In this document: positions 38,234 through 51,186 of the stretch, piece by piece
Numbering within the stretch: the stretch's first letter is position 1
How the letters are laid out: every line of letters begins with the position of its first letter
Source: Antedon mediterranea
Lineage: Eukaryota > Animalia > Echinodermata
Length of the DNA: 64,000 nucleotides
NCBI RefSeq assembly: GCF_964355755.1
Contig: NC_092670.1
Coordinates: 29,872,388 to 29,936,387 of the forward strand
Reading direction: 5' to 3'
Made by a program: the position numbers and the translations under genes
Notes under the pieces: generated by a model
What the model was told of the DNA's origin: nothing
What the model saw: only the letters and a program-made list of their open reading frames with translations
The model's database searches: none

Positions 38234-39905
38234 TTAAGATAAGATAAGATAAGATAACTTTTATTGATCCTCAACAAGGAAATTCATTGCTCGTCATAAT
38301 AACAAAGAAAACACAATAAAAACAAATATAGCATAAAACCATTCATATAAAAACATCTAAAAAATTACAAGATAAAATTATCTTCTTGACTTCCTGTTGT
38401 ACTGGATGATACCGGAGGGAATAAAGGATTTAGCAAATCGATTTGTTTTCACACTGAGGAGCCTCAATCTACCACTTGGATTAAGTTGGTCTATGATCAC
38501 TTTGTGGAGAGGATGAGAGGCATCCGACTCAATGCGTTCGAAATCTTTCTGGAAGTGTTCTAGGTGCACATCGGTAAAGGAAGGCAGTTCCAGACCAATC
38601 ATTTTACCAGCCCGACGGATGAAAGTTTCAAGGCGTCCTTTATTCCCTCCGGTAACATTACCAGCCCAACAGGAGAGGCAATACGTCCAAACACTACATA
38701 TAACGGATCTATAAAACGAAAGTAACATCAAATCACAGGAGTTAAATTTATATAAAGTTCTCATACAATACATTCTGGGATTTAATTTTTTGCTGATGTA
38801 GTCTATAATGGTCTCCCCAATTCAGTTTATCATTGAAAACAATTCCTAGATACTTGTACTGGTCAACAATTTCAATTTCTTTACCTTTGATAGTGATTGG
38901 TTGAAAATTAAATTTATGTTTAGTCCTAAAATCAATGATCATCTCCTTTGTTTTTGATGCATTTATTTGGAGATAATTATCGTCACAAAATTTTACAAAT
39001 ATTTGTATTTCGCTACGATAATTTTCATCATTGTTTGAAACTATGAGACCAATAGTACTAGTGTCATCAGCGAATTTAACAACGGGGCAAAGCTCATCAT
39101 TTAAAGATCTGTAATCGGCCGTATACAAGGAATATAATTTAGGTGCGTTGACAGTACCCTGAGGAACACCGGTGTCAGAGGTTACGATTTCTGACTTAAC
39201 ACCATTAATATTAACAAATTGTTTTCTATCACAAATGAAATTTAAAACTAAACGAACAATCGGACGGGGAAACTCCATATTCAACATTTTGTCTGCTAAG
39301 ATATGGGGTTGTATGGTATTAAACGCAGACTGAAAATCAAAATACATAATACGTGCCGAGTGGCCTTTCTTTACATTATCTAGATGTGAATACAATTTAT
39401 GTAATTTAAAATAAAGCGCATCACTGGTACTACGGAGTGATCGGTAAGCAAATTGCAACGGGTCTAACACTTTTTCAGCATAAGGTTGTATAATTTTTAA
39501 AATAATACGTTCCAATATTTTCATCGCGACAGACGTGAGTGCAACGGGTCTCAAATCATTCATGCTGTTAATCTTAGGTTTCTTAGGTACCAGTATTATG
39601 CATGAAAGTTTCCAAATATCCGGGAACGCATGATAAGAAAGACACATATTGAAAATAAATGTAAATATACCATCAAGGTGAGGAGAGCAGACCTTAAGTA
39701 CTCGTGGTGGGATTCTATCCGGCCCAGCAGCCTTCGATGAATTGAGTTTCATGAATTCGTTATGTACATCAGAAATGCTTATACTAAATTTGGGATCATC
39801 TTCAGTCACCCGACACAAGCTAAATAGGGCCTCTCTTTCTTTTTTAAAATCATGAACATTAAAACGGTTATAAAATTCATTTAACTCATTAACACATTGC
39901 ACAGT
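38234..39905 (-). mobile_element. 5'-truncated Rex1/Babar-clade LINE
   Basis: KAAGPD, NDLRPVALTSVAMKILER, DPLQFAYR, VKFADDT, KTKEMIIDFR, YKYLG; one frameshift near 38780; 3' end gaatttcc..gatcaataaaag(ttatc)n. Confidence 0.85.
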
Positions 39906-39973
39906 AACATTCGGAATTATTGACAAAGAGCTGAATTACTGTATATAACATATATTGTTTTCTGACATATATA

Positions 39974-41564
39974 TCTATATATAAATTATGGTTAATTCTG
40001 ACATAGGCGAGCACAATGCAAAAACTTCGGTACAAATCTCCGCCATGGATACCTACCTTTTCTTTTGACACATGTGAGCCCGATAAGCAAATACAAGGAA
40101 ACAAGTATTGGTTGTAAAGTTATTTAATATGAATGGCAAGTCATCGTTGCAGCATGCACGTAAAAGGAAAACATAAAAAAGGAACATTGGGATGCTCTGA
40201 AAGTGCCAATACACATGTCTCAAAATCGTAATTGGAAACAAAAAAAAAGAGGGAGTGGAGGGAGGGAAGTAAACATTATTTTACTTAGCCAAAATCTGGC
40301 GTGGTAATCTGCTGACAGCGTGAGGTGAAAAGGATGAGATGCTCACGCTACCAAAAGATGATGGCGAGGGCGCCCCGCAATCACGTGATTTTGACACACG
40401 TGAGCCCGATAAGCAAATACAAAGAAACAAGTATTGGTTGTAAAGTTATTTAATATGAATGGCAAGTCATCGTTGCAACATGCACGTAAAAGGATAACAA
40501 AGGAACATTGGGATGCTATGAAAGGGCCAACACGAATCTCAGATGTACCGCGAAACGTAGATTTGATAACATTAGTTTTCACATCGACGCTAGTTCCATA
40601 TTTCTATCTTAGGAAGATATTATAAAGGGTTTTATAAGAAATTTTCTGATTTCAATCGGTAAATTTTAACTCTACGCGCGGTAGAAGTAATTTCCGGGTT
40701 CACGGTAATGTGTGTCAATCACCTTGCAAGTTCCCTGCATGGTTGGTTTCAACCAAGGAGTTAAGTTGGCCGTTTGGTTTTTATGTTTATTTTCGGACCG
40801 CGCGTGTGAAGGTATAGTACTTTAATACATAAAGATCAGATTAAATATATTCATGAAACATAGGAGTAAATTGTGGGAAATAATTATAAAATTATATCGA
40901 GAGAATTGATGATAAGACCTTTTGTTTGAAATCGAATGAAACCCCGATAGCCGAGTTGTTGAATAAGCTGTCAGGACTTTATGTATACTATGCGCTATCT
41001 GTGTCCCGTCAGGACCCTGGGATACTTCTGCCCATGTTGAAAGCCGTCTCGGCTCACTGTGTCACGGAATAATGTATTCATTATACCAATTAGGATGGTA
41101 TTTATTTGAATAAACGGCCGAAACACCTCCCCAATTAAAATAATTATCGCCACTCCCCACCCCCTCCCTCCCTTCAAATACCATCTAATTAACGCCCATC
41201 CACATTTATACACTCAATATTGTATTATATTTATAACACAATTATACTATTTTTGAGTAGATTTCATCGGACTGTTATCTAGGCCTACAATTTACCAAGC
41301 ATTTGTTTTTCTTTTTTACCACTTTTCATATATCTACAATAAACACTATACGTAAAACGCTATTAATCATCTAAAATACTGTGAAACAGGTTGGTGAGTA
41401 GGTTTAGTTTTACGAATATCAAAAGCATTTAAATAATGGTAACCGATCGAAATCGTCCAGGCCAGAATGCCCTTCTAAAACTTTTTACCCGAGTCATTAT
41501 CATTCCGAGAACCATCGTCTACACTTCCAAGAGGGGGAGCGAGCGAAGCGATCTCACCCTCTAG
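39974..41564 (+). mobile_element. non-autonomous Helitron, family A copy 1
   Basis: A|TCTATATATAAA 5' end; 3' hairpin agaggg..gagcgaagcga..ccctct ending CTAG|T. Confidence 0.7.
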
Positions 41565-43945
41565 TATATAAAAATTATGGTTAATTCTGACGAGCACAAT
41601 GGAAAAACTTCGGGACAAATCTCCGCCTTATCTATCTCAGATGTACCGCGAAACGTCGATTTGATAACATTAGTTTCCACTATTACAATATTGTTCCATA
41701 TTTCTATTTTAGGATTATATTTTAAAGGGTTTTGAAACAAAATTTATGATGTCATTGGTAGATTTTCAACTCAGTGCGCGCTAGAAGTAATTTCCGGGTT
41801 CACGGCGAGTCCACGGGTTCACCTTGCAACTTCCTGGTTTAAGCTAAGTTGGCCGTTGGTGGCGATAGCCATTTTAGTTTTTTGTTTATTTTCGGATCGC
41901 CCATGTGAAGGTGCAGTAGCAAAATAAAAATTATACTGCAAATTAATAAAGACTAGACGTGTCCACAGATGGTTCTCGAATACACAGTAATTCCAGCGAG
42001 AAAAAAACTGGAGATTTCAAATGTAGGGCCTACGTACAGCAGGACTATAATAAATTGTCGTTTACTGAAACGAATAAATAGACACAATGATTTATGTAGT
42101 CAACCAAAATTAGTACCCTGAGAATTACTTCCGAAAGAGAAACTTGTCACAAAATGGACTCATTTAAACAAACCCAATTTGTGTTTTGTGTGTAGTGTTG
42201 AGGGATGGGGAAGAGGATGGGTACAAAGAGGAACCATTTTAAAATATATTCTTATATTATTTGTTTTATGTTGTATAGGCCTATAAATAATATACCATGC
42301 CACTAAATACAGTAAACCATTTGCGATTTAATACTTTGTTAAAACTCTCACTGTGAGTCATTGAAATAGTAAAGTACGTGTAACGATACACCACTACGAC
42401 GTTTATATATTTTTTAATTATTAATTAATACAAAAGCTAAGCAACTGTCAGTAATAAAGTTTATTCATTTGTATATTATGTGTTTATAATCTAACAGTAG
42501 GGCCTAACCACACTCACAGTAATAAAGTTTATTTGTATTTGTTTATATTATATCTAACAGTACCAACATTCACAGTAAGAAATTTGCGATTCAATTGGCG
42601 ATCAAAAGTGGTTAATACCTATTTACAGTATTTACAGCATTGCAATACTATTTATGTTTATTCTCCAAGGGCCCATAAATTTACCTACTTGTGTTAAACC
42701 ATGGAGGTAAGCCTATACCTCTATGGTTAAACCAATTAATTTGGAATGTTCCATTCATCGCAAATCAATTCATTTGTATACACGTATATTAAATCTATCA
42801 AAATCGTATTTTTTTAAAAGAAAATCGGCCTGTCTTCAACCTTATGATACTGTACTCGTGCTGTTCAACCGGTTTTCAGCTATTAAAAACAATTATCGTA
42901 GGAGGAGATAGGAAAATGCGAAGTATCCTCGTATTATTGTGTGCAGGTATTTTTCAAGAGGACATCCATTAGACAGTGTATACCACGATCGGGAAACACC
43001 CCTATTTGGGGCAAATCGTTGAACCTAAATTCGTTTTTATTGTCAATAACTAATTATCTAACTCAATTTAATTAGTAAACAGGGTTACACCAGGTGGTTA
43101 AAATCAGTACCGACAGTACGAACCAACTTTATATACTATCGAGTAAACATTCTAGAAATAACGTGCGATTTACCGAATGTTGCCCTTACGTAAATTTATA
43201 TATAGATTAAATTAAATATACGCCATAAAGCATCCGAGTATATTGTGGGGAATAGTATATAAAATTACATAGGGAGAACTGATAAGACTTTTTGTTTGAA
43301 ATCGAGTGAAGCCCCGATAGCCCAGTTATTGAGTAAGCTGGCAGGAATAACTGTGGGCACTCTGTCGTAGAAGTTAATTATACCAATTATGATGGTATTT
43401 ATTTGAATAAACGTCGAACACCTTCCCAATAAAACATCACTTAGAATAATAATCTATTATATTTATATACACAATAATACTATTTGTATTAGAATTCATC
43501 GGACTGTTATCTACAATTTACCAAGCATTTGTTATTCTTTTTTACCACTTTTCATATCTATTAGAGGATTTTATTTGATTATAAATGTTACCATATTATT
43601 AAAACTAAAAAATTAAACGTATCCCTCGAATAAGCCTCCTCATCTTCGCCCTACAAGGGCCCTACCAAACAATAAACACTATACTTTAAAAAGTTATTAG
43701 TCATCTAAGACACTGTGAAACAGAGTAGGTTTAGTTTTACAACGTCTTACAAGGGCCCTGCCAAACAATAAACACTATACTTTAAAATGTTAGTAATCAT
43801 CTAAGACACTGTGAAACAGAGTAGGTTTAGTTTTACGAATATCAAGCATTTCAATAATGGTAACCGACAGAAAACTTCCAAGCCAGAACGTCCTTCTAAA
43901 ACCATTTATTCATTAGTCATTATCATTCCGAGAACCATCCTCTAA
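41565..43945 (+). mobile_element. non-autonomous Helitron, family A copy 2 (head-to-tail with copy 1, interrupted, 3' hairpin missing)
   Basis: restarts tatataaaaattatggttaattctgac right after CTAG; colinear homology to 40540-41520; internal ~97-bp duplication at 43651-43837. Confidence 0.7.
41953..43206 (-). mobile_element. non-autonomous Helitron, family B, inserted in family A copy 2
   Basis: minus strand A|TCTATATATAAATTTACGTAAGGG ... CTAG|T; inverted homolog of 57562-59080. Confidence 0.75.
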
Positions 43946-46900
43946 TTTTGAAAATTGACCTTATTGGTATGATTTATGAATGCCTTTGTAATCATTAGTT
44001 GGCAAAATACTACGCAATGATTATCAGAGAGCAGGGGCGGACCCAGGGGTGTTTCTGCCACTAAATTAAAATTGAGTCCCATTTCATCGTATACAATATC
44101 CATATGTATAGTTTATAAAAGTCCAGTCTGGAAGAGAATATTTGTAAATTGGCAGAATACACAGCAGTCACCAATAGGCCTACTATACCACGCACAGAGA
44201 TAAGTGTAGATAAGTTTCTGAGCATGCGCTGAATGAATTTCTGATTGACTAGTTGCTTGTGGTACGCGCGTCATGAGAGCAGGGAGATGTATCTCTCTCC
44301 TACGAAAGAAGGCCAACACAAACTGTGTTCGGAAAAAACCCGTCATATGGGTCGTTAATTTGTTCATAATTATTGCCTTTTTCCATAATTTAAGGTCAAA
44401 TCATAATTTTTCGTATAGTTTTGTTTATCCATTCTTTCTGCAAAATTTCTATAATTAATTTCTTTGTTTTATATTTATAAATTTGTACAGTTTATAGTGG
44501 AAAAATGAAAATGAATTTTGAAAATTGTGGTTTTAATTAACTGCGGACTTATTTAGCATTTAATTAAAAATAATACAATTTAACGTTTTTCTCAATATTT
44601 ATAGCAGCAGCTTCATATTTTTTTCTTTTTAAAATCATTAATTGATAATAGTAATAATTTTATTAATTAATAAAATATTCCCGGAACAGAAGTACTGCAT
44701 TGACGCCAAAAAAAAAATTGTATTTAGTGTGTTTTCTAAAAAATGGGCACATTTAACATTTAGGGAGGGGGTCAGGATTAGGAACTTGATAGGCTTTGTC
44801 ATAAAGTAGTTACAGAGTTGCAGGACATTTTATCATTGTCAAGTAAACGACCTCCACACCCAAAATATTTCCTTGCAGGGAAATTTATTTTAAATAGAAC
44901 GCTACAAAAATAATCCTCCGCTTGATCACTGCATGAATACCTAATAACCAGACAAGAACGTATCTTTGTTACGTTTTACCATCAATCCATTTTCATATCA
45001 CGCAATCCATTTTTCAACAATATATTAGTATAATAACATTTTGATTGAATAGTAAGGGATTAGTTACAGTGTTGACTTTCAATAAACCATTGGTAATTTA
45101 CTGAAAATCCCGTATGTTTAATTACCGGCGGAATACTATAGGCTACAATCCTCTGTTTGCTAGCGCACTATAGAGTGAGTGACATTTCCGGCGAACTAGA
45201 GGTGCAAGTTATCATGAATTTTACGTGCGAGAGTAACATGTGCGGCCATCTAGGGGTGTCATATAACAATTTGCTTGCTCAAAATACTCAGTGTCTACAG
45301 CCCTGAAGTCTTTGGGCAATCCTCTTAAAATAGTCCTGCGACCGCCCCTGAATTTACTGAAAATCCTAAATGAACTTGTGTTATAATACAAACATAATTA
45401 TTCAATCAAAGAAACGCTCTACACATGAGAAACTATATATATATATATATTCAACTTTTATTGCCACAAAAAATAAATAGCTGTCGGTCGATAAACTTCT
45501 GAAGACGACTAAAACAACGACAATAAGCTAAATGTATTCGTGATTTTATTTAATCTCTGGCTTGTTACATTATCATGACACATTACCAGATTTCACCCTC
45601 CTCTCACAATGAACGGCAGTACAGATCTTCCCTATCTTTGTAGCCTACTACGTGATTCACCAATTACCCACGCATAGCAGGGCTACTAGCGCCATCACAG
45701 ATTACCTCTAATGAATCAACCATTCACACATGAACTTTGCGTAAAAAAAATCATCGACAAACGAAATATAGCCTATATTCATTCCTTTTAAACATTAGGC
45801 ATATTGCCAAGAATAATAATCGATTTGTTCATAATCACTGCGTTTTGCCGGGTTTTCCATAATCTAAGGCCAATGTTTAGGCCAAATCATAAACAACACT
45901 TTTGTAAAGTTTATAGTGGATAAATTAAAATGAATTTTGGAAATTTTGGTTTTAACATCTGACTTTATTTAGCATTTAATTCAAAATAATCAATATATTT
46001 ATAGCAGCAGCTTCATATTTTTTTCTTGATTATTAATTGGGTACAGTTATTAGAATGTATTACCGTAAATCGGGGACTTCCCCGTGACCTTCGCATTGAA
46101 CGAGAAAAATGTTATCCTATATTGTTAGTCGCATTTGTTTTATCACCAGCTGAATAATAAAGGCTACAATCCTCTGTTTGCTAGCGCACTATACAGTGAG
46201 TGACATTTCCGGCGAACTAGAGGTGCAATTTATCATGAATTTTACGTCCGAGAGTACCATTTGAGGCCATCTAGGGGTGTCATTTAACAATTTGCTTACT
46301 CAAATACTCAAGCCCGTATTCTTAAACCAAACTTTAGTCGTAGTTCGAAGTTCGACTTGAAAATGTCCTAGTTCGAGCAGCTATTACTTCAAATTCGATT
46401 CATAAAAGAAGTAGTCGAAGTTTGCAGTTCGACTTAATGAAGATTATTAATTTAACAGTAAAGTACTTTTGATTAACAACAATCTTCAAAATATATTTAG
46501 GAACCATGGCGGTACGGTAACTTTCATATTTTCTAGGTCTCCAACAATATATGATCGCGACGAACCGCGTACTTCATAGCGTGACAAGAAAGCGCTAGGC
46601 CCCTAACATTCTATCGCGTGGTGAGTTTTTACATTTCCTATTGTCGCTATGGCTATAGTTCAAGTCGGACTTGCGCGAGGAAGATAATGTAATTTGTATA
46701 CGGTTGTAAATAAACATGCTTAGTATTATTATAACATATACCATGGATTAAAGAATAGAAGGATATGCATCGACGGTGACATCAAACGATTTTCCAACGC
46801 GCTTGACTGCTGCCAATCAAACAAACACGCTCATTGAACTCCGTGTCTCTAACCGCGGCTTTCTATAGAGTGTTGACAAAGTGCGAAGCAGCGAGGCACG

Positions 46901-47910
46901 CGAGGCAAGCGAGGCATGCGGGGCATGCCTAATATTTGTGCGAGGCATCATTTTATCATTTCCAAAAGTGCGAGGCATGCGAGGCATATAGTTTACAATT
47001 TCAAAAAGGTGCGAGGCATATCTTAACGTGCTATTATGCTATATTATAGGCCTAATAATCAATCGATACAAGCGTATCTAAATAGATTCGTGTATACACT
47101 CATCATGTTGTTTATTTTTATGTAACGATTGTTTTTTCATTCAAGTCATATCGTGTCAAATTTTACTTTTACAAAAGTGCCCAAACTACGGTTCAAAAAT
47201 CTGAACGACAGTCTTCAACTTTCGATAAACAATAATTGTTATAGCGACACACTCATCAAATGACTGCAATGTTTGTTGGCATTTCGAGCGTGTTCACTCA
47301 CATGTCTCTCGAACATAGCAGAGTGAAAATTATATTTTGTCACACCCCTGCGCCTAGATCCGGTAGACCCGAGAGATGGAAAATCCCTCTTTACTATTTA
47401 GCAGGTAGCGGAATGATTCAGCCCTCAGCTCAGAGGATTGTGGTGCATTCCCCTCCTATAGCACGTGGTTTCAGCAGCAACGCACAGACTTCTCTCTGAG
47501 CGGCGTGCCAAAGACATTTTTGACATTCCATTCTCTAGGAACAACACGTGTACCTCTCTCGCAAATAAGGTGAACAGCGATTGCCAGGACAAGTTCAATA
47601 ACTGGCGGTGAATAAAAGGTAACTGATATGCCGATCCAATAACATGCCGCAAAGAAAAAAATTGCGACAGAATTCTGGAGCGCGTGTGAAAAAAGACTTA
47701 CGTCCGACAATTGTAATACTAGGCCTAAAATAAAACTTTAGCTAATATGCTTAGCCCTAACCTAGATAAAGGCCTATGTAGAAAATAATTTAATCAATTT
47801 TGATAAAATAATAATTGGTGTAATATTTAATAATGATACACTATTCCTGTTTTAGTAAGCTTTAGTAAGTTATTTATTGTTGTCCATGTACGTACTAATA
47901 AACCTGGCGC

Positions 47911-50900
47911 TAGTTTCCTTCGCTTATATTTTTACTCCAAATTTGATAACTAACTTTATCGTGTGAATACCACACCTTAGAAGTATACCTCATGAGTACT
48001 TTAATGAAAGAATCACATAAAAAGTAACAAATAAATCCTTAAAGATGTATTGTCCCCCTGAAAAATTTTTTTTTTCAATATTTTTGTTGAATAGGCCATT
48101 TTAATTGCACATAAAAGTTATTCACTTTGACCTCAATTTGGATTGAAAAAAATAATTTTTTACACGGGAAAATCGCAATTTAATGCAAAAATTAACCAAC
48201 CGGAAGCTATTTGTCTGGAAGACAAATGTGTTCCGGTTTAATTTAACCCTTGACCTGAGTTAGCTCATAAATATTCATATTGTATGGATACATCATGTGG
48301 ATGATGATGCTTTCCAAATCAACAGCCAACAACGATAGCAATGCATGCGTGCGAGAGAGTCGAGTAGTAATGCGAGACGAATCTTGAAGAAAACACGAAA
48401 ACTATAGCTAGCAGAATGCCAAGTTAGAATTACAGTTGGTAACTTTGATGTTGAATCTTATTCATTTAGGTGAGTTTTTGTTTCGCTAACAGGAGAGGCC
48501 TAGCTAGGCCTAGGCCCGAATTTGCTGCTACTGTACTACTAGTTTACTACTACTAGCACCGACAGTCTCGAGTAGCCTAACTGCTGCCTACTTCTGTCTC
48601 TAGAAGTAGAGTGTAGTAGGCCTAGGCAGTACACTGCTAGCTAGGGCTACAGTAGACCACCACCAGAAGGGATGTATTTTTGCTTCTATCATAATGAATT
48701 GGTTTAATTTTTAAAGATTTCAACTATCTATTCGGCAGTGAAAATTAAAAAAAAAAGAAAATCTAAATATTGTTTTGTTGGATGTTTTACTGATGCAATA
48801 TTTTAAAAATATTTTCTGTATCAAATGCAATAGGTTCAAATTAACATTCCGCAAATAATAAACATTTTATGCAGAATTTCTTCTTTTTTTTTAGGTTTAT
48901 TGATTGAACAATAAGAGCAAGTAGTGAGAAACATAAAATGTATCGTACAGTGGCAACATTCACAATTTATTGAAACGTTTCTTACTATTAAAATGACACT
49001 TTGTAATGGATGTGAGCGATCTTAGAAGACTATAGCTGTCGTAATTACTGCCACAATCAACACATTGATAATTAGTAGACAAATTGACACAAAAAACAAT
49101 ACAGGAATTCAATCAGATATACTGTATATATATATTTTATTAACTCCTTTTGCACTGTAATATTTACAGTAAAATTATGAAGTGTAAGTAAATTTGAAGA
49201 ATTTATCCTGTGTACTGTTGTAGTTTTTTTTTATTTATTGAATGTTATGTTTACAAAATAATATACTGTACATATAATACAAAAAAAATTATACAATATT
49301 TTACAAGCTGGACAAGAACATATTGGCCGAATGCAGCAGGAGAGTCGGAAATATTTTTCCTGCAATATCCAATCATATTCCAATACCGAGTCTATCATTG
49401 TTGTCTTTGGGTGACCTCTGTTCCAGTCTTCATCAGCTCAACGTCTTTAAAAAAAGTAAAAGCAAAGTATGAAAATCTGGAAAAAATAGATCATGCATAT
49501 TTAGTGCAAAATTGGGCTAGTGAAATTGCTTACTTTGACATAGTCAAATAAGTATACTACCTTTCTATGGTAATTAAAACACATTACTTATAATGTTATA
49601 ACTTATAAAAAGAGAAAATAAATATTTGACTTACTACAGTACAGAGAACATTTGTTTGTGTTGTAAAATGGCTAAGCTGGCTTTTCCCCTCTGTCTACTT
49701 GTACAGTGCTGCTGGAAGGTTCTCAATTTCAGGCTTGTATTGCAACCATTTTTTCTGAAAAATGTTTGTTTTATTTTTATCATAAAAATTAGTTAAACAA
49801 GCTTCAACTGTAAATATATATGGTACAGCAAGCTGGCTGTATTTTCGGAATGTAGCTAAGATTGATGGCATATAGCCTAGGCCAGTCTATGAAGAGTACA
49901 ATGTATAGGGCCTAGCTGGGCATCTTCTGCAGGGACCCGATTGTCACAGTCTGCTTGCTACTAGCCTAGTAATATGCAGCAGCATGTATTAATTATTCTA
50001 GGCCTAGCCCTGAACTGAAAAAATCCCAGGCTAAGTTAATTAATTTACCTTCCTGTTATTATTGCGTTATATATATTATTATATTTAAAATAACCGTCTA
50101 GGCCTACTTACCGACAAATTAACAGCTCAGCTTTACATATTTATACGATCAGGCCAGGGAAACCCACAGTCGAGTCGCGTGTCGTCGATCTCTGTTGGTG
50201 TTGTTGTACATACAACATGCATCGTCCATTGTTAGATCAGATCTCTGCTGTGTGGATGCTCATTAACATATCATGCATATGTATGAGTTAGCTCTACCGG
50301 CCTAATTTCTGAGCCGATGAGTTCGAAAAAATGGTAAACTTATTTTGATTTTTTTATAAGCGAAATCAATATTTTTTTCGGATTTTTTTTTCGGTGGAAG
50401 TTAATAACTTTATGTTAACTACAAAACGGTCTATTCAAAATTTGATTTTTTTCATCTTTATTTTTCATTTTTTGGGGGACAATACATCTTTAAATTAATG
50501 ATTTTACAGGCGTGTTTCTCGCACACTGTTCGCGAATTTCACTTATTCAATGTTCAATATTTTTGTTTCTATTGAGCGCCAAAAGAGCAACGATAATAGA
50601 GGACTAAAACTCAGTGGAATGCGTCAATTTCTCATGCATTTATTGGTGAAAAACACGTTTTATTTCAATATATTTGTTAATTTGTCAATAAAAATGTTGT
50701 AATATGTTACTGCTGATACTGTTCTGTTTTCAAAGAATAATAATCGATCCTAAATCAACATCACTACCTAGTCTAGACCTAGGACATCCTACTAAGGATA
50801 TTATGATGAATTTTTCTATTTTATTCTTTAAAAGGTTAACGAAACCGTGTACATTATCAACAGTAACATTTTTCCTTACTGACAGTGACAAAATTTATTG

Positions 50901-51186
50901 AAATTGTACTTGATTTTCACCAAATAATGCGTTAAATATAAATGGATTCCACAGAGTTTTTAGCCCTCTAATTAATTTTGCTCTTTTGGCGTTCCATAGA
51001 AACCAAAATATTGAACATTGAGTGTGCGAAATGCGAGAAAAACAACGTCTGTAAAATCACCAATTTAATGGATTTATTGTTACTTTTATGTGATTTTTCT
51101 TCATTAAAGTAGGCCTACTAATTCTAAGCTGTGGTATTCAGGATAAAGCCTTGGTTAAATTACAAGGCAGGTGCAAAAGGAAACTA
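47911..51186. mobile_element. foldback MITE (same family as 2575-3238), split by a Kolobok-like element
   Basis: TAGTTTCCTT ... AAGGAAACTA; taccacaccttagaa, aatcacataaaaagtaacaaata and caaaagagcaa blocks shared with 2575-3238. Confidence 0.7.
48043..50489. mobile_element. Kolobok-like non-autonomous DNA transposon
   Basis: TTAA|AGATGTATTGTCCCCC ... GGGGGACAATACATCT|TTAA; removal restores colinearity with ~2680-2720. Confidence 0.85.

Noticed and set aside
45495-45530. CTGAAGA hammerhead-like core
   Set aside because: No stem II closure or GAAA-NUH box; the same applies to ctgatga on the minus strand near 49430.
48400-50230. THAP/KolX coding remnants inside the Kolobok-like element
   Set aside because: Splice-site-like signals are present but no convincing conserved motif could be read.
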